Positions 31,417 through 41,102 of a DNA stretch of 64,000 nt are shown here, in pieces. Under the pieces are notes generated by a model that did no database searches, was not told the DNA's origin, and saw nothing but the letters and a program-made list of their open reading frames with translations. The stretch comes from Coleofasciculus chthonoplastes F2-STO-03 (GTDB lineage Bacteria > Cyanobacteriota > Cyanobacteriia > Cyanobacteriales > Coleofasciculaceae). How positions within the stretch are numbered: position 1 is the stretch's first letter; every line of letters starts with the position of its first letter. The position numbers and the translations under genes are program-made. The stretch covers positions 64,001 through 128,000 of the forward strand of contig JAVJWO010000069.1 in assembly GCA_040222015.1 (NCBI GenBank), written 5' to 3'.

Positions 31417-32694
31417 ATGAAATGCATTCAATGTCAAACTGATAATAATCATAAAGACCGCACCGCCAATCAAGGACGGTGTAAAAACTGTGGACATCCC
31501 TTTGTCTTTGAACCCACAACTATGGGTCAGACCAAAATAACTGATCCATTTTTTGCTAAAGCCATCTCGGATTTATCAGTAAATGGCAGTCTATACTTTA
31601 CCCCTCAACAATTATACTACCTTATCAACAAGAGAATTAAACGCAAGATCAACAATGTTGTCCTGCAAATCTTTGCCTGGATTCTGATTGTTATTATTCC
31701 TTACATCGGAATCCCGCTCTTAATTTTTGCCTGTTACCAAATCAGCAATTCTGCCAATACGTCCAGAAGAGTCCGTAATCGCAATGCTAGATATTTACAA
31801 ATTATTGGTGGATTTTTGCTTCTCTATGGAATTTTATCTCTTTTATTCTCTACCGTCGATGGTAGTGGAGGTAACTGGCTGATTTTTTGCCAATTTGCGA
31901 TAACTATTATTGTCGGTATGTTATCGTTCTATTTAGGAATTCGTCAGCTGCGTCGCCAAAGCACATTCTTACAAACCGTTTCGATTACACTGAGTAAATT
32001 CCAAAGTTGGTTAGAACGTTGGCAACAAATTAATGGCACAGTTGAACAACTTTTACCCTCTCCGAATCAGAAACGTTTACCCACATCCATTAATCCGGAT
32101 ATCACCGCTTATAGTTTTGACCGAGTTGTCGTCTGTGATAGTGCTACCATTGCTCAACTGTTAATTGCTAATAATTTTCATTTTGAAAATAACTGTGCCG
32201 TTTTAAGTATTACCGGGTATCCCCAAAGCATTTTTTCAACGGTATTAGACATGCTCAGACGCAATCCCGAATTAAATGTCTACGCCCTACATAATGCCAG
32301 TCCTCATGGTATCACCCTGATTCATAACCTGCAAACAAGTTCCAATTGGTTTGCTGATAGTACCGTCACCATTTATGATTTAGGATTACTTCCCCGTCAT
32401 GTCTTAAATAGTCGCAATCTTTTTATTGAATCCTCCCCAGAATCAGCAAAACAGGCGAGACAATTAGGGGTAGAGATACGGCAAGAGTTATCGGCTGAGG
32501 AACTAGCATGGTTAGAATCCGGTAATTTTGTCGAGTTGGAATCATTTACACCGCAACGGCTATTACAGATAGTGACTCAAGGAATTAACCGGAGTCAAAT
32601 TAGCACAGGGGGGAGAGATTCAGTATTTATAGATGTTGATAGTGATAGTAGTAGTAGCGGTGTTTATTTGGTTGCATCCGATAGTTTTGGTTAA
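31417..32694 (+). CDS. Hypothetical membrane protein: N-terminal Zn ribbon, TM helices, C-terminal TOPRIM-like domain
   Basis: CIQC...CKNC, three to four hydrophobic segments, ITGYP / VYALHNASPHG / LGLLP / ELESF motifs. Confidence 0.7.
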   Translation: MKCIQCQTDNNHKDRTANQGRCKNCGHPFVFEPTTMGQTKITDPFFAKAISDLSVNGSLYFTPQQLYYLINKRIKRKINNVVLQIFAWILIVIIPYIGIPLLIFACYQISNSANTSRRVRNRNARYLQIIGGFLLLYGILSLLFSTVDGSGGNWLIFCQFAITIIVGMLSFYLGIRQLRRQSTFLQTVSITLSKFQSWLERWQQINGTVEQLLPSPNQKRLPTSINPDITAYSFDRVVVCDSATIAQLLIANNFHFENNCAVLSITGYPQSIFSTVLDMLRRNPELNVYALHNASPHGITLIHNLQTSSNWFADSTVTIYDLGLLPRHVLNSRNLFIESSPESAKQARQLGVEIRQELSAEELAWLESGNFVELESFTPQRLLQIVTQGINRSQISTGGRDSVFIDVDSDSSSSGVYLVASDSFG

Positions 32695-32751
32695 AAAATA
32701 TCATCAAATTCCCTCTTTTGAAGGGAGAATTATGGTAATCTATCCCTGCTA

Positions 32752-33261
32752 CTATCCGGGCATATTTTCTTTAAGCTGGGCGATATTTTCGGGGCTTAGA
32801 GTAAGTTTGACCTCGATTTGTTGCTGCTTATCACGCAATGTGATAATATGATGTTCCTCTTGAGAGTAACTTTCCCATTGCGGATTGGTAATTTCTATTT
32901 TCTGATAGATAACTTCCGGAATTCCCACCCGGATGACTAAATTTTTCTGAGATTGAGGATAAATATAAAGCTGAAGCTGTTGCGGATCAAGTTCAAGTTT
33001 CCAGGGCGTGGTGCTGCGTTCTTGATCGGTGTCCACTTTTTGCCAATAGAGTGTAATTCCGCGAATTTGGGTATTTTGCAGTTTAAATTCGTCGTCAAAC
33101 CGCTGCCATTCCCAGTCAATTTCCTGGGCATTTCCACTGGGAGGAATTAGTCGCTGTCGCCATGCAATTTTACGGTTGTTTAGCGCTGTCCAAAATTTAC
33201 TGGTTTTGGTGAGATTTGCGCCATTTTCAGGATTGTCACTATTTTGTTGCCAAATAATCAT
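32752..33261 (-). CDS. Hypothetical protein
   Basis: 169-aa ORF with ATG start, co-oriented behind the ArsR gene. Confidence 0.65.
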   Translation of the reverse strand: MIIWQQNSDNPENGANLTKTSKFWTALNNRKIAWRQRLIPPSGNAQEIDWEWQRFDDEFKLQNTQIRGITLYWQKVDTDQERSTTPWKLELDPQQLQLYIYPQSQKNLVIRVGIPEVIYQKIEITNPQWESYSQEEHHIITLRDKQQQIEVKLTLSPENIAQLKENMPG

Positions 33262-33294
33262 TGTTTAGGGAATGGGGAACAGGGAATGGGGAAT

Positions 33295-33720
33295 TTAGGA
33301 TTCATTATTTAGATCAGGTTCATCTAGATGTTCGGCGACGGATTGATACAAGTCGAGAACGTGCTGATCTTGAAGATGATAATAGACCTTGCGACCGCGT
33401 TTATGATACCGTACTAATCGCATGGCTCGTAGGGTGCGTAATTGATGGGAGACGGCGGATTCGCTCATATCCAGCGCGGCGGCGATGTCACATACGCAGA
33501 GTTCTGCGATCGCGAGTAGGGAGATGATCCTCAGTCGATTTGCATCACCCAGGGAACTGAACAATTCTGCCATGCGTTGGGCTTTTTCGGTGTTCAGCAT
33601 TTTTGGCTGCAATGAACCAATCCGCTGGCTTTCTACACGATGGGGCGGATGGCAATGAGGTGTGTCTGTGTCTGGATTAGCAGAAACATTTGCCTCTTGC
33701 GTGGATAATCGGATTGGCAT
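33295..33720 (-). CDS. SmtB/ZiaR-like ArsR family metal-sensing repressor
   Basis: ELCVCD box, SESAVSHQLR helix, DQH...EHLDE alpha5 site. Confidence 0.92.
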   Translation of the reverse strand: MPIRLSTQEANVSANPDTDTPHCHPPHRVESQRIGSLQPKMLNTEKAQRMAELFSSLGDANRLRIISLLAIAELCVCDIAAALDMSESAVSHQLRTLRAMRLVRYHKRGRKVYYHLQDQHVLDLYQSVAEHLDEPDLNNES

Positions 33721-33932
33721 TGAGTTACTATCCCTTGGCAGTGGAATGGTCTGACTTTATAGTAGCGAACTCAGGGGGTGTCGGGTGGGGGATGGGGAAG
33801 TTCACTCACGCGCCATGCCCGACAAGCGTTGCGACGGGTCAAAACTCCTGCCATCCATAACTCGTGGTTCAAGCTAAAATGCAGCAAATGTTCATCTGTT
33901 TTCGATGTTAACTCTGTTAGGGAAGGAATATT

Positions 33933-34991
33933 ATGGGTGATTTAGGACAATTGCCTGTCGGCATTATTGGCGCTTCTGGCTATGGAGGCGTGCAATTGAT
34001 ACGCCTATTGATGGATCACCCAGGCGTTGAGGTGGTTTATTTAGGAGGAAGTAGTAGTGCGGGGAAGCCGTTTTCTGAACTGTATCCTCATTTGGGTCAT
34101 TGTGTGAATTTGACCATAGAGGAGATTGATTTAGATAAAATTGCTAGCCGTTGTCAGGTGGTGTTTCTCTCGTTACCCAATGGTTTGGCGTATCAGATGG
34201 CGCCGCCGTTGTTGGCGAAAGGCTGTAAGGTGATTGATCTTTCGGCTGATTATCGGTTTAAGAATTTGGATACCTATAAAACCTGGTATGGGGGAGAACG
34301 CCATGACCAGGAAACTGTAGCTTCAGCGGTTTATGGCTTACCGGAATTATATCGCGATCGCATCGCTGAGGCGAAGTTGGTAGGGTGTCCTGGCTGTTAT
34401 GTTACCACCAGTCTTTTGGCACTTGCGCCGTTGCTCAAACAAGGGTTAATTCAGCCCGATACGGCGATTATTGATGCCAAATCAGGTACATCAGGGGCGG
34501 GGCGTAAGCCGAAAACCAATCTTTTACTCGCAGAAGCGGATAGTTCGGTGGCGGCTTATGGAGTGGCGCGTCATCGCCATACGCCGGAAATTGAGCAGAT
34601 TTGCAGCGATTTGGCGGGTCATGAGGTGATGGTTCAGTTTACCCCTCATCTGATGCCAATGGTGCGCGGACTTTTAGCAACGGTTTATGCAACATTACGT
34701 GACCCCGGATTAGTGCGAGAAGATTTGGCGACGATTTATAATGCATTTTACCGCGCTTCTCCTTGTGTGCGCGTCTTACCCAGTGGGACGTATCCGCAAA
34801 CCAAGTGGGCGTGTGGGACGAATTTGTGTTATATCAGCGTTGAAGTTGATCCGCGTACTGACCGGGTGATTGTTATGTCAGTTACCGATAACTTGATTAA
34901 AGGTCAAGCCGGTCAAGCGATTCAATGTTTGAATCTGATCATGGGGTGGGATGAAAAGTTGGGATTACCGTTGTTGAGTTTTTATCCGTAG
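33933..34991 (+). CDS. argC: N-acetyl-gamma-glutamyl-phosphate reductase
   Basis: GASGYGG, DLSADYR, PGCY, SGTSGAG, HRHTPEI and [11 protein letters not shown] motifs. Confidence 0.97.
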   Translation: MGDLGQLPVGIIGASGYGGVQLIRLLMDHPGVEVVYLGGSSSAGKPFSELYPHLGHCVNLTIEEIDLDKIASRCQVVFLSLPNGLAYQMAPPLLAKGCKVIDLSADYRFKNLDTYKTWYGGERHDQETVASAVYGLPELYRDRIAEAKLVGCPGCYVTTSLLALAPLLKQGLIQPDTAIIDAKSGTSGAGRKPKTNLLLAEADSSVAAYGVARHRHTPEIEQICSDLAGHEVMVQFTPHLMPMVRGLLATVYATLRDPGLVREDLATIYNAFYRASPCVRVLPSGTYPQTKWACGTNLCYISVEVDPRTDRVIVMSVTDNLIKGQAGQAIQCLNLIMGWDEKLGLPLLSFYP

Positions 34992-35405
34992 ATCAGGTGA
35001 TGGGGTGTAGGGGTGTAGGGGTGTAGGGGTGCGGCGGTGCGGGGAAGATAGGGCGGGTTTTGTACGAATGTTATCATCTCATGGCGAGACGAAAGTCCCT
35101 AAACCCGCCCCTACAAACCTGGTTCCCTCGATCGCAGCTAAGGGTCAACACTCCCCTAATCTCTAGATAGAGATTCGAGAGAATTTTTTTTGCTACAGTA
35201 GCGGACACGGGTATTTAGTAGAATCGATCGCCCGCTGCTTAAAATCGTTCCAATTAGGGTGTGATATTGGTTTCATGAGGGTGCTAAAAAGCTATATCTC
35301 ATTTTTTTTGCTTGTTTACGGGGAAGTCCAGATAGAACTAACTCTGTCTTTGCTCAAACTATTTCCCTTTTTCTCGTTGGATTGAACCAGGCTTAGGTGC
35401 TTACC

Positions 35406-37640
35406 ATGAAAAACCCGTTCCGTCAACATTCACCCTCGTCTTCGCCCACTCCCTCTGAACCGGAGAAGGGTTTGGGTACGTTTGGGGGAGTTTATACGCC
35501 GTCCCTGCTGACGATTCTGGGTGTGATCATGTACCTGCGATTTGGCTGGGTTGTGGGGAATGTGGGGTTGTTTGGCTCGCTGATTATTGTCACCCTGTCT
35601 ACGGCGATTACATTTCTCACCTCACTGTCAATTTGTGCGATCGCAACCGATCGCGTGGTCAAGGCGGGGGGCGCGTATTATATGATTAGCCGTTCTCTGG
35701 GGATTGAAACCGGCGGCGCGGTGGGAATTCCGCTGTATTTTGCCCAGGCGATATCCGTGGCGCTGTATACGATTGGTTTTGCTGAGAGTCTGACGCTGGC
35801 GTTTGAGGGATTAGTTCAGCATCAGCGGCTGATAGCGATTGTAACGACTATCCTGGTGGCAATTTTGGCGATCGCCTCTGCCCAAATTGCGATTAAGGCA
35901 CAATACTTTATTATGGCTGCGATCGCGCTGTCTTTAATTTGTTTGATTTTTGGTTCCCCCGTTGACCCGAATACTCACATTGAACTGTGGGGGGCGAAAC
36001 CGCAAAACTCTGAACCCTTTTGGACTGTCTTTGCCGTCTTCTTTCCCGCCGTTACCGGGATTATGGCGGGGGTGAATATGTCGGGGGATTTACGGAGTCC
36101 TAGCCGTTCGATTCCCATTGGTACCTTGGCGGCGGTGGGGACGGGTTATGTCGTTTATATGGCATTACCGATAATTTTAGCGATGCGGGCGGATGCTCTC
36201 ACCTTAATCGAAAACCCCTTAATTATGCAGCAAATCTCCCTCTGGGGTCCTTCGGTATTATTGGGGGTTTGGGGAGCAACCTTATCGAGTGCGATTGGTA
36301 GTATTCTGGGTGCGCCCCGGGTAATGCAGGCGTTGGCGCGGGATGGGATTTTACCTCGGTGGCTGAAGTTTCTGGGAACCGGTTCCGGACCCGAAGATGA
36401 ACCCCGTATTGCCACGGTGGTTACATTGGGCTTGGTGTTAGTCGCCGTTGCGTTGGGGGATCTCAATTTAATCGCCCCGGTGTTAAGTATGTTCTTCCTC
36501 ACCACCTATTTGGTGTTGAATGTGGCGGCGGGAATTGAAAGCTTTTTACGCTCTCCCTCCTTTCGCCCCTCCTTCCGGGTGCATTGGTCCTTATCTCTGC
36601 TGGGGGCAGTCGGCTGTTTGGGGGTGATGTTCTTACTCAACGCCGTGGCGACAATCATGGCGGCGCTGATTGTATCGAGTGTTTATATTTGGTTAGAACG
36701 GCGGGAATTACAAAGTGCTTGGGGGGATGTGCGTCAGGGTGTCTGGATGGCGTTGGTACGGACGGGAATTAATCGCCTCGACTATACGGCTGATACGAAA
36801 AACTGGCGTCCTCATATTCTGGTCTTTTCTGGTGCCCCGACTCGTCGCTGGCATTTGGTGGAGTTTGCGGCAAATTTAACCCACAAACGCAGTTTATTTA
36901 CTGTCGCCAGTGTAATTCCCACTGGGTCTCGTGATCCAGCCAAGCAGTTGGAAATGGAAGCCACGATTCGCGAGTATTTAGAGAAGCGGGGGGTGCAAGG
37001 GTTAGCCCGGTTAATTTCTGCCCCTGATCCGTTTATTGGGGCGGAACGGTTAGTTGAGGCGTATGGGATTGGTCCATTGGTTCCCAATACGATTCTGTTA
37101 GGGGATAGTGAACAAGCCTCTCATCGTGGGAGTTACTGTCAGATGATCGCCAACTTGCATCAAGCCCGTCGTAATGTGGTGATTTTACGGGATGTAGAGG
37201 AACGGGGATTTGGTCGCCGCAAACGGATTGATGTCTGGTGGGGCGGGTTACAGGCAAATGGGGGTTTGATGTTAATTTTGGCGTATCTGTTGCGAACGAG
37301 TTTGGAATGGCGTAGTGCTGAAATTAACCTTAAATTAGTTGTCGCCAATAACGCCGCCGCCCAAGCCACGCGGAAGAATGTGGAAAACCTGACTAAACAA
37401 CTGCGGATTGGAGCGCGATCGCAAGTGATTGAGGCAAAGGGACGCCCGTTCCCCGAAATCCTGCGTCGGTCTTCCCAAAGTGCCGATTTAGTCTTCTTGG
37501 GTATGGCGAAACCGATGGATGATTATACCAGTTATTACGAACGCTTACAAGATTTAGCTACGGGATTACCGACAACGGTATTTGTGTTAGCCGAACCCGA
37601 TTTTGCCTTCTCGGAAGTGTTACAGGAAGGAGGGGTGTGA
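35406..37640 (+). CDS. Cation-chloride cotransporter (SLC12-like amino acid permease family)
   Basis: LGTFGGVYTP, GGAYYMISRSLG, FFPAVTGIMAG, KNWRP and IDVWW motifs. Confidence 0.92.
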   Translation: MKNPFRQHSPSSSPTPSEPEKGLGTFGGVYTPSLLTILGVIMYLRFGWVVGNVGLFGSLIIVTLSTAITFLTSLSICAIATDRVVKAGGAYYMISRSLGIETGGAVGIPLYFAQAISVALYTIGFAESLTLAFEGLVQHQRLIAIVTTILVAILAIASAQIAIKAQYFIMAAIALSLICLIFGSPVDPNTHIELWGAKPQNSEPFWTVFAVFFPAVTGIMAGVNMSGDLRSPSRSIPIGTLAAVGTGYVVYMALPIILAMRADALTLIENPLIMQQISLWGPSVLLGVWGATLSSAIGSILGAPRVMQALARDGILPRWLKFLGTGSGPEDEPRIATVVTLGLVLVAVALGDLNLIAPVLSMFFLTTYLVLNVAAGIESFLRSPSFRPSFRVHWSLSLLGAVGCLGVMFLLNAVATIMAALIVSSVYIWLERRELQSAWGDVRQGVWMALVRTGINRLDYTADTKNWRPHILVFSGAPTRRWHLVEFAANLTHKRSLFTVASVIPTGSRDPAKQLEMEATIREYLEKRGVQGLARLISAPDPFIGAERLVEAYGIGPLVPNTILLGDSEQASHRGSYCQMIANLHQARRNVVILRDVEERGFGRRKRIDVWWGGLQANGGLMLILAYLLRTSLEWRSAEINLKLVVANNAAAQATRKNVENLTKQLRIGARSQVIEAKGRPFPEILRRSSQSADLVFLGMAKPMDDYTSYYERLQDLATGLPTTVFVLAEPDFAFSEVLQEGGV

Positions 37641-37659
37641 GGCGAGGGAACTGCTTAAC

Positions 37660-37738
37660 AGGAAACAGGGAACAGGGAATAGGGAACAGGGAATAGGGAA
37701 CAGGGAATAGGGAACAGGGAATAGGGAACAGGGAATAG
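37660..37738 (+). repeat. Heptamer tandem array (GGGAACA/GGGAATA)
   Basis: Directly visible; shorter copies near 33267 and 49140. Confidence 0.9.
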
Positions 37739-37764
37739 TTTCAACAGCCTCTTATATAACGGAT

Positions 37765-38328
37765 ATGACAACGGTACTGAATTTAGAACCAATTACCACC
37801 CTGACACGGGAACAGTTCTTTCAACTGTGTCAGGTGAATCCAGATGTACCGCTAGAACGTTCATCAACGGGAGAATTAATTATTGTGACACCTATCGGGG
37901 GTGAAGGGGGCAAACGCGAAGCCAATTTGATTATTCAGGTGGGGATTTGGAACCAACAAACTCAATTAGGAGTGGTGTTTAGTTCCCAAACAGTCTTTAG
38001 TTTACCCGCAGGCGGCGATCGCTCTCCAGATGTCGCTTGGGTAGAATTAAGCCGATGGCAAGGATTGAGTCAGGAGGAACGGGAAGGATTTCCACCAATT
38101 TGCCCAGATTTCGTGATTGAATTGCGGTCTCGCACGGATCGATTAAAGCCACTTCAGAACAAAATGCTGGAGTATTTGGCAAGTGGATTGCGGTTGGGTT
38201 GGCTGATTAATCGTAAGGATCGACAGGTGGAAATTTATCGCCAGGGACAAGAGATGGAAGTAGTAAGAATGCCTGTAGTGTTGTCGGGGGAGGATGTTTT
38301 GCCCAGATTCACATTAGAGGTAAATTAA
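37765..38328 (+). CDS. Uma2 family endonuclease, close paralog of 15504-16070
   Basis: Same motifs; long identical peptide stretches with the paralog. Confidence 0.93.
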   Translation: MTTVLNLEPITTLTREQFFQLCQVNPDVPLERSSTGELIIVTPIGGEGGKREANLIIQVGIWNQQTQLGVVFSSQTVFSLPAGGDRSPDVAWVELSRWQGLSQEEREGFPPICPDFVIELRSRTDRLKPLQNKMLEYLASGLRLGWLINRKDRQVEIYRQGQEMEVVRMPVVLSGEDVLPRFTLEVN

Positions 38329-38501
38329 GCTGTAGAGACGCGCCATGGCGCGTCTCTACAGCCATGGCGCGTCTGGAACAATGGTGACGAAAGTCCTAAT
38401 AGATGTGTCTACTGCTATAACCCCTGACAGTCGCGCCGATATTGCCAAAATCGGTACACTTAAAGCGTTAACTCTGATACTTCAGTGCTACCCCTAATAA
38501 A

Positions 38502-39131
38502 ATGCCACTCGCTAATGCAAATCAAAACAACAATCCCCCCCCAGCCTTCGCTAATACCGCCTTTGATGTCGTCGCCATCGCCGCATCCGCTGGCGGACTA
38601 AAGGCGCTATCTCAAGTTTTATCCCATCTACCGAGTGACTTTCCAGCAACCGTTCTGGTTTTACAGCATCTTGACCGCAGTCACCGTTCTCTAATGGCAG
38701 ATATACTCCGCCGACGGATATCTTTGCCGATTAAGCAGACGGAGGATGGAGACAAGCTAAGTCCGGGAGAAGTTTATATTGCCCCACCAGATTATCATGT
38801 TTTGGTCAACTCTGATGGTACGCTTTCCCTAACGCAGTCACCTATTGTCAATTTTGTCCGTCCCTCAGCAGATTTACTGTTTGAGTCGCTGGCAAATAGT
38901 TATCAAAATCGGGCAATTGCTGTCATTTTAACCGGGACAGGGAAAGATGGCACTAAAGGTGTAGAAGCGATCGCGAAAATGGGCGGTATGGTGATTAGCC
39001 AAGACCAAGAAACGTCGCAACACTTTGGTATGCCTAGTTCTGCCATTGACACCGGGATCGTCAATTTAATTTTACCCTTATCTAAAATTGCTGAAACACT
39101 CATCCAACTTGTAAAAGAGGGTAGAGGGTAG
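38502..39131 (+). CDS. cheB: Stand-alone CheB methylesterase domain protein
   Basis: AASAGG, LQH, RPSADLLF and LTGTGKDG motifs. Confidence 0.92.
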   Translation: MPLANANQNNNPPPAFANTAFDVVAIAASAGGLKALSQVLSHLPSDFPATVLVLQHLDRSHRSLMADILRRRISLPIKQTEDGDKLSPGEVYIAPPDYHVLVNSDGTLSLTQSPIVNFVRPSADLLFESLANSYQNRAIAVILTGTGKDGTKGVEAIAKMGGMVISQDQETSQHFGMPSSAIDTGIVNLILPLSKIAETLIQLVKEGRG

Positions 39132-39226
39132 AATATTTTAATAGTTCTGGGATTTGCTTTTAACTTTTTATTTTTAATTTTTGCTTTTATATTAAGTAAT
39201 AAGTAATAAGTAATATCCAATTACCA

Positions 39227-41098
39227 ATGACAACTGACAAAGAACAAGAAGAAACTAGAATTTTTGAATCCCTACTGGAATACCTAAAAGAAACACGCGG
39301 CTTTGATTTTACAGGCTACAAACGCTCTACACTAAAGCGGCGGGTAACCCGGCGAATGCAGTCTCACAATATCGATAATTTTGGCGATTATCTGGACTAC
39401 CTGGAAGTTAATCCGGAAGAATTTGAGCCGCTGTTTAATACAATTTTAATCAACGTTACCGCATTTTTCCGGGATACCGAAGCCTGGGATCATTTACACC
39501 ATCAACTCCTGCCGCAACTGTTGCAGCAAAAGGATAAGCAAGAGCAAATCCGCGTCTGGAGTGCGGGGTGTTCTTCGGGGGAAGAAGCCTATTCTATCGC
39601 CATGCTTTTGGTAGAAATAATGGGGTTGGAACAATTTCGCCAGGGGGTGAAAATTTATGCCACCGATGTCGATGAAGAAGCCTTAAGTCAAGCGCGTTGG
39701 GCACGCTATGATTCCAAAGCCTTAGAAAACCTGTCCGAAGAATGGCGACAGCGCTATTTTGAACAAGTCGGCAATCAGTATGTATTCCGACCTGATATCC
39801 GCCGGGCGGTGATTTTTGGTCGGAATGATTTGGTTCAAGATGCGCCAATTTCCCGACTGGATTTACTGATTTGCCGCAACACGCTGATGTATTTTAATGC
39901 GGAAACTCAGAAACGGATTTTGGCACGGTTGAACTTTGCGCTAAAGGACAACGGCGCTATATTTTTGGGCAAAGCCGAGATGCTGCTAACTAATAGCAAT
40001 TTGTTTAGACCCTTAAATTTACAGCACCGCCTCTTTACCAAAGTACCCAAACCGAAACTAAGCGATCGCCTGCTGATATTCGCCCAAGCTGGGGATGAAG
40101 AATCGAGTGAGCGTCTGTCTGAGCGGGTGCGGCTGCGAGAAGCGGCATTTAATACCTCACCCATTGCCCAAATTATTATCGATGTCAATGGTTACTTAGT
40201 CTTGGCAAATATGAGCGCCCGGTCGATGTTTGATATCAAACGGCAAGATCTGGGCAAACTGTTTCGAGACTTGGAAATTTCCTACCGTCCCCTAGAACTG
40301 CGGTCAATCATTGATGATGTCTATCGCGATCGCACGTCGATTACGATTAACGATGTGGTGCGGGAGCAGTCCGATAATACTCAGTATTTGGATGTGCAAA
40401 TTACTCCCTTAAAGGAAAATGGCAATGACGATCAGTTATTGGGAGTGAGTGTTTCTTTTCATGATATTACTAGCTACAACCAACTGCACAGTAAATATAA
40501 AGCATCTGCCCAAGAACTGGAAACGGCAAATGAGGAACTCCAGTCGAGTAATGAGGAATTAGAAACCACAAACGAAGAACTGCAATCCACCAACGAAGAA
40601 CTCGAAACCACAAACGAAGAACTGCAATCCACCAACGAAGAACTGGAGACAATGAATGAAGAACTCGAATCTACCAATGAAGAATTGCGGACGATGAATG
40701 ATGAGTTGCGCTTGCGGACGGATGAAGTCAACCAAATGAATGCCTTTTTAAATTCAATTTTAGAAAGCTTCCAAACGGGGGTAATTATTGTAAACCGCGA
40801 ATTTCATATTATCCGTTGGAATGTATATTCCGAGGAATTCTGGGGAGTACGCAGTGACGAGGTACAAGACAAATCCCTCCTCAGTTTAGATATTGGCTTA
40901 CCTGTGGATCAGTTGCGCGAACCAATCCGTAACTGTTTTCAGGGTGAGGAAAATCATCAGACAATCATGGTGGATGCGATTAATCGCCGAGGTCAATCCA
41001 TTCAATGTCGGGTTACGTTCCATGGCTTGAAAGGGATAGAAGAACAATTACACGGCGCGATTATCTTGGTAGAAGAGGTGAATCAAGGAGATGGGTGA
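39227..41098 (+). CDS. cheR: CheR methyltransferase with PAS domains and coiled coil
   Basis: INVTAFFRD, WSAGCSSGEEAYS, ATDVD, CRNTLMYF motifs; ELETTNEELQS repeats. Confidence 0.92.
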   Translation: MTTDKEQEETRIFESLLEYLKETRGFDFTGYKRSTLKRRVTRRMQSHNIDNFGDYLDYLEVNPEEFEPLFNTILINVTAFFRDTEAWDHLHHQLLPQLLQQKDKQEQIRVWSAGCSSGEEAYSIAMLLVEIMGLEQFRQGVKIYATDVDEEALSQARWARYDSKALENLSEEWRQRYFEQVGNQYVFRPDIRRAVIFGRNDLVQDAPISRLDLLICRNTLMYFNAETQKRILARLNFALKDNGAIFLGKAEMLLTNSNLFRPLNLQHRLFTKVPKPKLSDRLLIFAQAGDEESSERLSERVRLREAAFNTSPIAQIIIDVNGYLVLANMSARSMFDIKRQDLGKLFRDLEISYRPLELRSIIDDVYRDRTSITINDVVREQSDNTQYLDVQITPLKENGNDDQLLGVSVSFHDITSYNQLHSKYKASAQELETANEELQSSNEELETTNEELQSTNEELETTNEELQSTNEELETMNEELESTNEELRTMNDELRLRTDEVNQMNAFLNSILESFQTGVIIVNREFHIIRWNVYSEEFWGVRSDEVQDKSLLSLDIGLPVDQLREPIRNCFQGEENHQTIMVDAINRRGQSIQCRVTFHGLKGIEEQLHGAIILVEEVNQGDG

Positions 41099-41102
41099 GG
41101 GG

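Noticed and set aside
33720..33932. SmtB operator, metallothionein gene or riboswitch upstream of argC
   Set aside because: Only a possible half-site (TGTTCATCT); no Cys-rich small ORF and no RNA motif I can recognise.
40515..40700. Novel coding tandem repeat in cheR
   Set aside because: ELETTNEELQS heptads are the usual coiled coil of CheR-PAS proteins.
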